From Botryllus schlosseri (Eukaryota), in contig CM119371.1 of NCBI GenBank assembly GCA_051294905.1, positions 19,966,001-20,030,000 on the forward strand: 64,000 nucleotides of DNA. Direction: 5' to 3'. Every line of letters begins with the position of its first letter. Position 1 is the stretch's first letter. Shown here one piece after another: positions 39,617-52,326 of the stretch. The position numbers and the translations under genes are program-made. The notes under the pieces are model-generated. The model was given only the letters and a program-made list of their open reading frames with translations. It was not told where the DNA came from and made no database searches.

Positions 39617-40219
39617 GTTGTCAGTGACTATAAACACTAACTTACTCCGGTACCCTATGCAGCTTTTGAACTATTCGTATGTAAATGATAGTGACAGGCA
39701 ATCAAAGTTGTAGAAAATATCAGCTCAGTGCTAGCAGTCACAAAGGGTTATTATTATTTCCAGTAATTGCGTTACCTGCTCTCCGAACAGATAAATGTTT
39801 TCTTTGCTGTGGATTTGCCAAATCTATAATTGTTTGTTGCAGCAGCAGACAAGAAAATGAAGAAGAGGCTTCAACTCCTGCTGTACATGTAGTGATCGAA
39901 AGTGAATAAGCATCTCATCTCTGAAGTCTTCGTTACCATATGTGGCATGTGCATAGGCTTAAATTGACTCGTGACGTTAGTGGACTCACCTATAATAACT
40001 GTTTTGAATCAGTCTTTCTAGGTCAATGAGCTAAAATGTGTAGAGGCATCTGCTTATGATTATGGCTGCTTGACTAGCCCTATTGCAATCTCTGGTCTTG
40101 CTTATGTCTGGTATGATAAAGTCCTATTCAGCCATTCACGAAAGTGTTTCATCGTTCATTTATTAGGATAAACTGCTTTTAGCAGGAAGCTGTATGCGCG
40201 TCAGCCGTGTCAAGTCCGA

Positions 40220-41935
40220 TCAAAACAAGGCATCTTTGAGCGTGTCGCGTACACGAATGCCAGACTCCAGATCACTTTCAATGCTGGTAGCTTCGATATC
40301 GTCATCCACTACGTCTGTAGGTGGCAACTCTGCGTAGTCCATGTTCTCTTCACAGAAGTTGTGCAATGTGATGCATGATGCTATCTGCAACCGAGCATTC
40401 TCGGGCAAAGCATCACACCTCTTCAACAAACAGCGCCAACGGTGCTTCAACCGTCCAAATGCCTGCTCCACTACTCGTCTTGCAGAACATAACTTCTATA
40501 AATATACTTTAGCTTATAGCCTAGTGAAACATAACAACATATCAGGCTTGTATTTACCTTGTTGAAATATTCCTCAGAGGGGCTACTGGGGTTGCTGTAA
40601 ACTTTCATCACCCATGGGCGCAAAGGATAGGCGCTGTCAGCAACTATGTAGTAGGGGATATTAACATCATTCAGAAAGAGGTCACTCTGTTTCAAAAAAA
40701 GATGATCAGTCCTGCGCAGGGCTCTTAATAGCTCAAGGTTAAAGGACCTACTGGTGCAAATAAATTGCCGTGATCTCCTTTGATGCAAATGGGCGAGTTC
40801 AAGAACATTCTAGCGTCATGCACCTTACCTGGATGTGTGATAAAATCAAATTGTATGATAAAATTGAAGAGTCAAATTATATAGCTAAATGTTCCTTTTG
40901 CACAGGCTAGGCTTCAAAAATAATTACTAGGACTTACCGGGCCATCCTATGACAACATCCAAGAATCTGAAAGTTTGGACTTGGCATAAATGGACAAGTG
41001 AACAAACTAAACATTATCAAGTTATTTCTCACCTCCCCTTGGAGTCTGTTACAGCTTGAATGTTGATTGAATATCTACCCTTGCGATTGAAATAGTCAGG
41101 TCCATTGACTGTTGGTTTGGGGATGCTTATGTGGCAGCCGTCTACGGCACCAACGCAATTTGGAATGCCCTTGTCAATACAGAATGCCATGGAGGTAGCT
41201 CTAGGGTTGGCAGGTATCCTCACGAAATCTTTCATCATATGATTTACAATGGTAACACACAAATCCATGGTTATCTGTTGTAGACAAAACATAGTTGAAC
41301 TATTGACTACCGTACTCCCGATGCAAAGATCAAATCATATTTACGTTGAAAACTGTGGACTTTCCAAGACCGAAGTATTCACCAACACTGCGGTAACTCA
41401 TGTCACTACCGAGACGACATAGGGCGATGGCAACACGACAAGACACTGACACCGGTTTCTTGAAATTGGTTTGCTTTTTTGACAAGCTTTCGCGTAGGTG
41501 CTCAACTAGTACGTTGAATGTGTCTCTGAAATGTGAAGTTATGTAGGCTCAGAACAGTCCCTTGGAATATTACTGTTGACTAATTCATCTTTATTGGATA
41601 TCTAATCGTACACCATAGGTATATATGTGCTTTTTGATGATAAAATATATTCACTTTCTCAGACGCAAATGGCGTTTGTAATCAGCCTCTTCCCATAAAT
41701 TGAGAGCTCTCTCCCAATAGCCACAGTTGGGCTTCGGTCGATCTCGGCGAAGCGACATATTATTTTTCATTGCAGCTAGGCGAGTTCTATTGTTCATGAC
41801 CATATCTTCGCTGCGAACAATTGATCGCATCCTTCTTCGTGATTTTTTACGAAAAATTGAATACAAGTATATTTTCTTACGACGACTCATAATCATAAAC
41901 ACTGTAACCTGTAAGTACATTATGCTCTGATTCAT
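40220..41935 (-). CDS. Harbinger transposase (HTH plus DDE_Tnp_4), 7 exons, ~404 aa, no stops
   Basis: Exons 41935-41655, 41525-41345, 41274-41033, 40966-40938, 40828-40752, 40686-40558, 40495-40220. Motifs RVAIALCRLG...FGLGKSTV, CVGAVDGCH, YFNRKG, GWPGKVHDAR, IVADSAYP, ARRVVEQAFGRLK, LHNF. Start codon uncertain. Confidence 0.88.
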
Positions 41936-43502
41936 TGCTTCGTAGCAATCATGAAGAGGTTCCTTACGCATACATTGATCAACAAACAAACGTGAGCAGA
42001 TCAGTTATCAGGTTCGCACAACTGCGCTGGGCTCTACCATACAGGCACTTTCCTTCATTAATAGAATTCATTCTTCCAATACTGTGATATGAACGGGGAA
42101 GCTTCACGCCAAACGACGTCAAACTTTTCTCCTCAAAACCAGTGCGTTCATTTACCCACCAATTGTGACGTCGACGTCAAAACCAATGCGTTCACCGTCA
42201 CGTTGCGAAGTTGGCTTGCGTTCACATTGCTGGTTTTCGTACCAGGTTTTCACTATCACTCGTGGCGAAACCACACCATGAACGCAGCCTAAGAGACGCA
42301 CACGATTTCAAATTGGTATTTCTTCACTGGCATAAAATTTTTTCCAGCGGGATGGTATTTGTCTTGTGAGGTTCAGATTGCAAAGACAGGAACATTCGGC
42401 GCCAGTCACTTGGGCGCCTATGGACAATTAAACCTATATTTATTTGTATATATAACGAAGAGTTTGGTCAGCATAAGGGCATAGACCCTTTCGGCCAAGG
42501 TTTTCTCGCTGCCGATCGTTCTTGCACACTTCCGGGAGTCGCATGTTATATGGCCTAAAACTTGCTTGTATGTCTTGGTGGGTCGTGGCGCGGTAATGGC
42601 CCAATACCCAATAATACAGGCACATGGCTACTTGAATTCGCGCGCAGCGCGAAAAATTTCTGAAATAATTGCATAAATTTTCAAAAAATACTCTATGATT
42701 TATGCTAATTCACGAAATAATTTTGGGCCCCCTTCGAGCTCGGCCCCCCCCCCAATTGGGGGGTTTGGGGTGCGGCAGTTACGGTGCTGATAATAGAGAT
42801 GTCATGTACTTGACGTCACAATGCACATTCTGCTTTTTCTGTAAACATGCCAATATTGGGACTTTCAGTCAAAATTACGGCAATTTCCGATTGAGTTGAA
42901 ACACGGAAAGTCGGTAATTCCGGTATAAAAAAAAGTTCTGAACATGATTCCGCAAAGTTGTCTATAGAGATGCAGTTGACCCCTAAGCTTATTATGATGT
43001 AATCTGTAGCTTCACAGCTATCAAATCCATATTTCCGATAAATCAATTATAGTATGCATACAAATATTCCGGAGATCTTTAACTTCGATATAGTTATTGC
43101 ATCAGTTAGTCAATTGTCACATCATAATGGAACATACAAATCGTCGTCACCAGAACAGCTGCTGCTATCTTTCGCTATAGCTATGTAAAATGTTTCGTTA
43201 TATGCCGTATTTCCGCGCTTACGAGACCAGACTGGCTATCGAGTGACCGTATTAGTTGTCGTGAATCGGTGAAGAAAGCCTCTTTCGAGATTGAAAATAT
43301 CTGGATGGTGAGTTACATTTCGTATCGGTACTATAGCAGTAAAGAACATTTGCTCCGTTGCGTTTTCGGTACAGATCCGATTAATGGTACTCAGTGTCGC
43401 AGCTCCACTGAACAGAATTATATGTAGCAAGTTGGAATTTTAAACGTACCGGTAGTGACGATACATTGAATCCACATACATTGTTGTATCACCAGTACCG
43501 AT

Positions 43503-44423
43503 CAGTGTTGGGATGACTCGAGTCATGACTTGACTCGAGTCAGACTCGAGTCACCTTTTTCGTATGACTTGACTTGACTCGAGTCACTTTGATAAAATGA
43601 CTTGACTTGACTTGACTCGGCGTATCAGAAATGTGGATTGACTCGTGACTCGGAGCAAAATTCACGAGTCAATTTCAAGTCATCAAGTAAAAACACCTTA
43701 TGTTGCTTATGTTCAGATTGTTCGCCAAACACTTGTGTAACCCATGAGAGCGATCGATCATTCAATGATCGTGCGTTTTACTGAGCCTCCAATATTCTCT
43801 CACAAATATATTGACCACAAACGAAGTGATCGAAGCTACAGCTTACGTTGTCGTAAACTAGTAGCAAAGGAATTTAATAGCGAAATATATATTTCTGTTC
43901 TTACCTTAAACAAACCTCTTATTTCACTGAAATTGAAATCGAACATACTTTATATACTCCTCAACCATTGGCACAGACTCGAATTGTATCATATCAATAT
44001 GTAAACATGGGTACTGTATTGCATCTTATCAATTCGTTTCTCGATTCTCTATCTTGGCTGGTAACTATAAAATGAGGCTATGCAATTACTTACGTAGTTT
44101 AACGGTTCTACGTATAAGTGAGCGATACAGCCCCTTATTGCATGCATAATTAACTCTATATTCGTTCATCGGTTCAGAAACAATGACCAATCAATCTGCT
44201 TTTCAGACACCTAGCGAAATGCAATGACGTAATCATGCTTCATACTTCGAAAAGGCAACTTGACTTGAATTTTGACTTGACTCGAGTCACCTCCAAAAAT
44301 CGAGTGACTTGACTTGACTCGAGTCACCTTCGAAAATCGATTGACTTGACTTGACTCGAGTCAAAATGTGCAATGACTCGAAATGACTCGTGACTCGAAG
44401 GTAGTGACTTGATCCCAACACTG
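43503..44423. mobile_element. hAT MITE with TGACT/GACTCGAGTC repeats
   Basis: TIR CAGTGTTGGGAT; perfect TSD GTACCGAT. Confidence 0.9.
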
Positions 44424-45562
44424 GTACCGATACCAATATCCAAGACACAGTAGCTTAATGGCTCCAATGGAGATACTGTTGACAGGTCCAGCATCAGCTA
44501 TGATTATAAACTACGGTAATCTGGGTTTGAGCAACATCGTTTGTTAGTGCATTGAAAAAAAATCGATTCGATTGTCGTTATATGAGTATTACGATTACAA
44601 AAGCACATCGCGACCTGTTTAAGTGTAAAGGGTAGCCTACCACTGACTTTGCAGAGTTATGTTATAAGTCTATCACCCTGTCATTATCACTGAGCTATAT
44701 AAACAAACATTATATGTTATGTTATGTTATGTTATGTTATGGTAGGAATATGAAGGTAAACATATTCTTTATTCTACTTCAGGCTTGGTCAAAGATCGCA
44801 AATGTGTGGCTTGAAGAATGAAATTATCGATTTCTCCTCATGAGAAAACAAGTGCAACATACAAACAGCAAAGGGTTGAAGCATATGAAGCAATGGTATC
44901 TGAGGTGAGCAATGGACATTTGATGAAAGCTTTCGATTCCCATAAATTGGGGCCAGTATATGTTAATGATATTATGACACGGGTGAAAATATGAGGATGC
45001 TATATTGCTATCACTATGAATATGAAAGACTTGACTAGGAACAGGCTTGCCTTATTGAACATATTTTGCAGTGGCCCCCTCAGACATCTGCTAAGAGTAG
45101 CCTATGTGACCCATCAACCAGACTACTTCTTTTGAAACTACTTCTCTGAGTTCTGTTCATATATTTATTTTCATTTGAAGCAGTTTGACATGGATTTGAC
45201 ATAGCCACTTCTATAGACTTGTCATTGAGTAGAAATTTACATCTATTGCTTGAGTAGCAATGCGCACTACTGCGGTCAACTCGGTGTGCAACAGTGCGCG
45301 GATTAGCTTGGTCTTCAATGTTTTTACCAATATGAAGAGGCAAACATAGCCTTGCCAAAGTTTATTAAACTGTCCTTTTGATCAATATAAACAAATCCTA
45401 ATATATGCACTTCTTGACTCATGATATGACATACACACGATCTGTGCATATGCACAAATCTGCTTCTTGTTAGATTCAAGGACTGATTGCTATTAGTGGC
45501 AGACTCTTACTCTGTGAATGTGAAATCAAATATGTTGTTGGTGAGTAATACACTATGCGTAG

Positions 45563-46353
45563 TAGGGATGGTGTCAACGTGAGGTTCACGTTCACAAACG
45601 AACCTTGGTATGTTCTGCATTGTGAACCTTTTTCATATATTACAATTGTAACGTCATTATAGCATCTTTGGTTGAAATTTTTTGCATTTCCACTGCGAGC
45701 CACTCTATGCATGGCGCTTGCAGCATAAAAAATCAACACTAAAAGAGAACGCACCTTCACGATCTCAAAAACTTTAACGGCTTTGTTACAAACGTTTGCT
45801 CGATATATCCAGATTTCTGTTTGTTAATATATAGTGACTCTCTGCTGTGAGCTTGACCCGTAATCACACAACATCAAGAGCGAAATACGCTACATGTAGG
45901 TACCAAGTAGTCAGCAAATGATGCTTATTCGACCAATTTCATTGATATCGTTGTCTGATGTAATAAATCTAGCAAGCGATCGAGGTCCATCTCGATTTCA
46001 TATGTTTATTGTATCGTAAAAAACAAATCCATGCAATTGGGGTGTTGGTTACTGCTGTATAATCTGTTAATGCGGCAAAAATCGTATGACACTCTGCTCA
46101 ATATCAACGTAGCAACACTCAAAAGCCGAATACATTGTCCGGTCTGGCCTAGACCGTTAGACCGCATTGTAGCATTATGTGGCCCGAGTCGTCACTAGGT
46201 ATCGTGTACATTAATATATATCACTTCACTGACATGCTGGGTTGAAATTAGCAATATGACGTCACGAGGTTCACGTTCGTGTTCACACAGAACCTTTCAA
46301 AAATGTTCGCATTCACACGAACCTGAACCTTTCAGAGGTTCACACCATCCGTA
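45563..46353. mobile_element. hAT MITE (GTGAAC family), inverted relative to 16702-17684
   Basis: TIR TAGGGATGGTGT / ACACCATCCGTA; perfect TSD ATGCGTAG. Confidence 0.88.
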
Positions 46354-46727
46354 ATGCGTAGGAGCGTTGCAAAATTGTATTTTAACTCGCTTATTTACAA
46401 GCATAAAGCAAGTCAAGGCTACAACATCAGTACACATTTCGGATGTCTTGGGCGTTTCGAATCTAATCCAAATTGTCAACTAAACGTTTATGCCTCATGA
46501 TTATTTTTTCAATCTTAGGATGCTGCTATACAAGCTAATATCAGGGAATTTCAACCAAATAGACGTCGCATTTACCGGTAGAAGCGTATGCTGCGAAACA
46601 GTAAAGGATCGTTATCAAACAGCTCATATTCCAAGGTAATCATTATCATCCAGCTAATTTGCTAATTTCGATATATAAGACAAGTCAACGTTTTCTAATC
46701 AAGACACACTCAGACGTGTATCTGTGG

Positions 46728-47260
46728 CGGGGTTGTAACCAAGTCACGAGGCTCCGAGTCATAAGTCAATCTCACTTATATAGTTTTCGACCACCGAGTC
46801 AAGTCAAAGTCAGCGAACAGAGGGTCGAGTCCGAGTCATGGTATTATGACTCGAGTCCGAGTCCAAGTCATTGTGTTGACTGATCAGTTTCCAGTTGCAA
46901 TCTTGTTAAACCCACTTTTTATAACTCTGTTTGGTGATATCGAATGGTTCGCATTTATAAATATACTAATTTTCCTCACTGGTCGAATTTTCAAGTACCA
47001 GTACCAATAGGCGTAATCCAAATAGTGTGGTAACTTTACTATTCTTCGAAATCTCAATGAATTGTAGGTCTTGGCCGTCTGAATCTTGAGTCATATGACT
47101 TGCCTCGAGTCATGCGCAATGACTCGAGTCCAAGTCGAGTCAATACACTGATTGACTCGAGTCGAGTCATTTCCATATTTTGAGAAAATGACTCGAGTCC
47201 AGTCGAGTCATCAGAAAATCGTGACCCGAGTCGGACTTGAGTCGAGTCAGTACAACCCTG
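46728..47260. mobile_element. hAT MITE (GACTC family)
   Basis: Ends CGGGGTTGTA / TACAACCCTG; perfect TSD ATCTGTGG. Confidence 0.88.
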
Positions 47261-48152
47261 ATCTGTGGTCCCTTTGAATCCATTCTGAAAGTCAATATTG
47301 CCTAAAGAGGAAACGTTTCAAACATGTTTTGAATCAATATTAAATTCATATTAAAGTCCATGCATCTCTTTCTCTGATTTTCTCTAAATTTTAGAGATCG
47401 CATGCATCAAGAGCAAGATTATATCACAGGAATTAACCAAGTTTAGGAGTATGCTGCGAAAACTGAAAGACTTGTTATCAAGCCAGCAGGTATTACAACT
47501 TTGTTAACGACACCTGATGTCAACTTTCGTAGTCGCATATATGAGGTAAACCAAAGCATAGATGGTCAAAGTTACTAGCGTTGCTACTCAAGTCGATGTA
47601 GAAATACCGCCGTCCATTTATACTCGATTACAAGTAGATGCAACAGTTCCCCATTAAAGTCGAAACTACTTTGAAAATTGCGATATGAATCTTCGCGACT
47701 AATATAAAATTACTAATGGCATATGACACTACTAACAGCAAGAATCTGCAAAAATATATTCAGTTATTCCTGATACAGGTGGTGTTGCCAGACTTGGACA
47801 ACTAGATATTCTAGTTGTCTATTTATACTAATTGAAGCTATTCTAATTTGTGAAATGTTTCTAAGCTCTAATTATAATTCTAATCGAATTTATGAAATCT
47901 TTCTATGGTCTAATTTTAATTCTAATCTAATGTATGGTTTTCCTGAAAAGGCTACAGGAGAACTGTATAGTGCGAAACGAGCCAAGCTTGATGTACAGTA
48001 GGGGTGTTCAAAAATGACTTTTTATTCTCAAATTCTACTGGCTACTTGATAAAATTGTTAGATTACCTAATTGAAGCTTGCACACTAAATTTGGTTTGAT
48101 TCCAACCAGCAGCCGCATTGCTACTGGAGAAGAAAGTTTTTTTATTTATTAT

Positions 48153-49372
48153 TAGGGCGATTTTTTTTTGACATGTCAAAAAAAGTCAAAATTAGGTCAA
48201 AATTGTAGCATTAGGTCAAAATTTGTCAAAATTGTTCACAAAGTCAAACATTTTTTGACCTCTGAATTTCGTTTGTATCGTAGATTTTGCGCTGTCGGTG
48301 AACTTATCACTTGATATTTTACAGCTTGTAGCCTATACTTTATAGGCCTGCCGTTGTAAACGACCCATCGTCTGCTCATTGTGAGTCATAAACGATCAAA
48401 TGAAACAAATAGTGACATGGTTTTATGGTCAACGTACCGCAATATCTTAACTGAAGCAAGACTGCTTGGACATTGCATGTTTCTTATATCAAGAAGCGCA
48501 AGCTGAAAAATTGTGATATAGACAACATTGTCAGAATGAAGCACCAGCAGTGTACACACAACTTCAGTGTTGTCAGCCAACAACCGCTGCTGTTTAACGT
48601 TCTTTCTCCATTCTTGGCAAGCTACTCAGTAAGGACAAACACTTTCTACCCGAGAATGTAGGAAAGTAAGATATATTTCGTTCGTTGTACTACAACAAAT
48701 TTTAATTATTTCCACCATAATACGTAATGTAACTACTGGAATTCTTCATAGGGCCAGATTTCGTTAAAATACTCGTTTTTTCATGGGCTTCTTGGAGGTA
48801 CAGAACTTCAATATACAATTGAATAGTATATTCATATTGAAATGAACCCGAATATTTTCGGCTGACACTCGTCAGGGGTAATCGTCAGCAACTAGTAGAG
48901 AATTGGAAAGAAAATGGTATATCAACAATCGTATCACAAAATATGACGTCACCAGCATGAAAGAGATAAAAGTCGACTCCAAGGCACACAAATGACGTCA
49001 TATTTTGTGATACGATTGTTGATATACCATGTTCATGACGATACCATGACGATTACCCCTGACGAGTGTCAGCCGAAAATATTCGGGTTCATTTCAATAT
49101 GAATATACTATTCAATAGTTTTTTCATGTAAAAATTTGCCAGTTTTTGCGCCCAAAACTTTTTTTCAGGCCAATCTACTTTTTAAGGACAGACAGTTCCA
49201 ACCAGAAATGAAGATAAGTAGTACAATTTTGACATTATGTGCGAAAACACCTAATTTGCATACGTAAGGTCAAAATTTGGTCAAATTTCAGTTTTTTTAG
49301 GTAAAAAAATGTCAAAATTTAGATTTTTTAGGTCAAAATCTTCCGTTTTTCAGGTCAAAAAAAATCGCCCTA
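48153..49372. mobile_element. hAT MITE with GTCAAA repeats
   Basis: TIR TAGGGCGATTTTTTTT(T)GAC; perfect TSD TTTATTAT. Confidence 0.88.
48786..49116. mobile_element. Palindromic Penelope pLTR remnant with two opposed hammerheads (48846-48879 minus, 49055-49088 plus)
   Basis: Near identical to 36773-36915 and 37275-37368; arms 48820-48887 / 49047-49116 and 48914-48951 / 48993-49030. Confidence 0.85.
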
Positions 49373-52074
49373 TTTATTATATAAAAATGAGTCAAAAAAA
49401 TTCAAAATTTTCTGTTCACCCATGAAATCGTTAGGTTGTCTATAAACGATGCCCACCAAATTTGGCTCAATTCAAATCAGCCGAAGCGGAGTTATTGATG
49501 TCGAAAAATTTGGATTTGAATTAAATAGTATTTACAGTGGGCACAACTGTAATAAATGATTAAAGAATCGTTCACCGTAAATACTATTTTATTAAAATCC
49601 AAAATTTTTCGACAGCAATAACTCTGCTTCCACTGGTTGGAATTGAGCCAAATCGGTTGAACATTGTTTCTATAGACAACCTAACAATTTCATGGGGCGA
49701 ACAGAAAATTTAAAATCTTTTTTTATTCATTTTCATATATTAAATAAAAAACTTTCTTCTCCTGTAGCAATGCGCCTACTGGTTGGAATCTAACCAAATT
49801 TGGTGTGCAGGCTTCAATTATGTAACCTACCAATTTTATCAAGTAGCCAGTAGAATTTGAAAGAAAAAGTCATTTTTGAACAACCCTACTGTACAGTAGA
49901 CATTTGCTATTCTCATGCTCATAAGATGAACTATGATTTGATATTACCGGAGTTTGATTCAACTTTTCGCGATTTCAGTAATTCTAATCTAATTTGAAAA
50001 AAAACTGTTAGCTAGAATTATAATTTTAATCTAATTTCGAACTGTGTAGCTATAATTTTAATTCTACTCTAATTCGAAAAAAAACTTGTGGTTGTAATTT
50101 AATTCCAATCTAATTTGGAAAAAGGGAACGTTTTCTAGTTGTCCAAGTCTGCCTGTTACATGTGGTTTTCATCAAAACTATCCATAAATTTTCATCTTGT
50201 CGATGCCTATTTGCCCACACATACAGTGATCGTGTGTGAATATGTTTCCTGTAGCGGTAAGTTCACCCTATCGGGTCACAGTCTGTGCTGCATTGCCTTA
50301 GCAAGTGAAACATCTGATTTTTTGTAAGTACTTTGTGAAAATATATATACTTCGTAACGGCTTCTATTTTTGTGGTCTTTCGTTAAGTTATGCATGTTAG
50401 CATATGTGCCTGTTAATTGGGTTGTGAATATGCATTTTGATTTCAGGATGATGCCACAAGTTCTTGGTGAAGATAGTGACTCAACCTTCGCCGTACAAGA
50501 GTGTTTTGCGGAAACCTGGAGGAAGCGACTTCCCAATATTACATGGGCAATGTTCTTCGAGCAGTATTTTCAGTGAATTTTTTTCTCCGTCGCTGGGATC
50601 TCTGTTTTTGTTATTTCACGAAATATGTTTCCATTTCATGTGATGATGGTTCAATTGATATCGAATATATGCAATCAAAACTGTTTATTTGCAATAGTGT
50701 GCCATTTGGAAGAAGATACAGGATTTCAAGTAGGGTTTATATATTGAAATTACATCCCTATCAATTCTAATGGTTCGGGTGAAATATCCGATGTACACCG
50801 CAAGGAATGGGGTGAATTCTGGTCATATACACCCGCAGGGTTACGTAAGTTCTGTTTTCGTGTACCACCTATTGGGGTGTGTATGACCGCTCTTTTCGCT
50901 AAGAGTGAGGGGACTGACAAAATGTGGCTTCGGCCTTGGTTACAACTTACAACACACAACCACATACTACTGAGCCGGATCGTGACCCCCTCTAGTCGAT
51001 AGACAAAGCTTTCCTGGTGTGACGTCAGATTGATCGATGTGCTCATACCTCATTATGAAATCCGCTAGTGGGCGATAAAGATCGTCCGGAATTTGTGTTA
51101 CAAAAATATGGTAACCCTAAACTATTTGTTACTAGCATACTGGTTGCGTATGTGATATGACGATAAGATGGCGCGAAATCTTCCACCATGATAAGGGGGG
51201 CGTGTCTTAAAAAGTTTGAGAACCACTCATCTAAGGTAAATAGTTCCTGTATTATTTATTATGTTTGATTTCTGGCGCGACAGCCCGATCTCAATTTCCA
51301 CGCAGTTTGAATGGGTTCAACTGCTGAACATCACAAAAATCCTAAACGAAATTGACATAATTGGGATCGCGAGTGTGATTTCAGATTGACCCCTCCAATT
51401 TTAGTTATTTCAGTGATGTGCTTATTAAAACGATTCCCGCGTGTCTTAGGCAGATTCGTTTTCTGTATGTGTAGAATTAGGGTATCTAAATTTTATCTAC
51501 ACATAGAAGCGTGTTTGAAGCTAAAATGGTTATGATTATGATGCTGCAGCATTGTGTGTCCTATAATTGAACCAAAAGTATAATTAGTAAGTCTATGAAC
51601 AGATCGCTGCTCACAGATTTGAATTTCAATCCTGTTCTAAGAGTCGGGACAATCTACTTTCATCTCTATAGTTTCGATAAATTCGTTATTGAGGTCAACC
51701 CGCCTATGAAACTCGCCACTGTTTCTGACGAGTGTACGATATCATCAAAGCAATGTTTGATTTGTTTTCAATAAGTATATATATTATCTCCATGTCCTCA
51801 CTATATAATCAAATACCAATGTACGTTTTGGTTTATAATCCCAATTTTATATGCGGCTCGCGAATGGATTCAGATGTTGAATGCGGCCCGCGAGCTCAAA
51901 AGTTTGCCAACCCCTGATCTATGGAGTCGGTTTGAAAGGTCCGGCATTGACATCATTGTACGTAATGTAAGAGTCAGTAGATATAATCATTTTTGTTTTG
52001 GCCGTAGCTTATTCACGTAACCCAGCTGTATTAATACGATATAGCACCACCATGGCAAGTTCAGTTAAAAGCAG

Positions 52075-52326
52075 AAAAGAGAGAGAGAGAGAGAGATATG
52101 ATATTCTTTTTCGCCTGCACCATCGAGATGCTTTGACGACGGAGTTGCGATACGGCCCCATGAGGTCATCTAGTCTGCGCCCCCGTTTTCTTTTCTCCTA
52201 CATGCTATCCGTGATTGCTGAGCGCCTAGCAGGATAGCTGCGGATACCATTTGGTATGACCCGGCCGGGGATCGAACCCACGACCTACCGCTCGAGAAGC
52301 CGGACGCATAACCATTACACTATCTC
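52075..52326 (-). mobile_element. tRNA-derived SINE, family 2
   Basis: Reverse complement has A box TAGTGTAATGG, B box GGTTCGATCCC, a body starting GGTCATACCAAA and a (TC)n tail; second copy at ~60818-61056. Confidence 0.8.

Larger units (their letters stand above)
37854..42289. mobile_element. PIF/Harbinger transposon 2, apparently complete
   Basis: TIR GGCTGCGTTCAT / ATGAACGCAGCC; TAA TSD (37851-53, 42290-92) in a CTAAG context; convergent Myb/SANT and transposase genes. Confidence 0.92.
47996..49891. mobile_element. TA-flanked foldback MITE (Tc1/mariner-type ends)
   Basis: TA-CAGTAGGG...CCCTACTG-TA. The left arm (47996-48152 plus 49381-~49545) is the inverted copy of ~49575-49891. A related arm lies at ~22960-23290. 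Confidence 0.8.
47789..50151. mobile_element. Old MITE with CTAATT repeats, hosting three nested insertions
   Basis: 18-bp TIR CAGACTTGGACAACTAGA; TSD degenerate (GGTGTTGC/CCTGTTAC). Confidence 0.65.

Noticed and set aside
43503..44423. CRISPR-like repeated GACTCGAGTC palindromes
   Set aside because: Irregular spacing, no unique spacers of constant length, no cas genes; bounded by TIRs and an 8-bp TSD.
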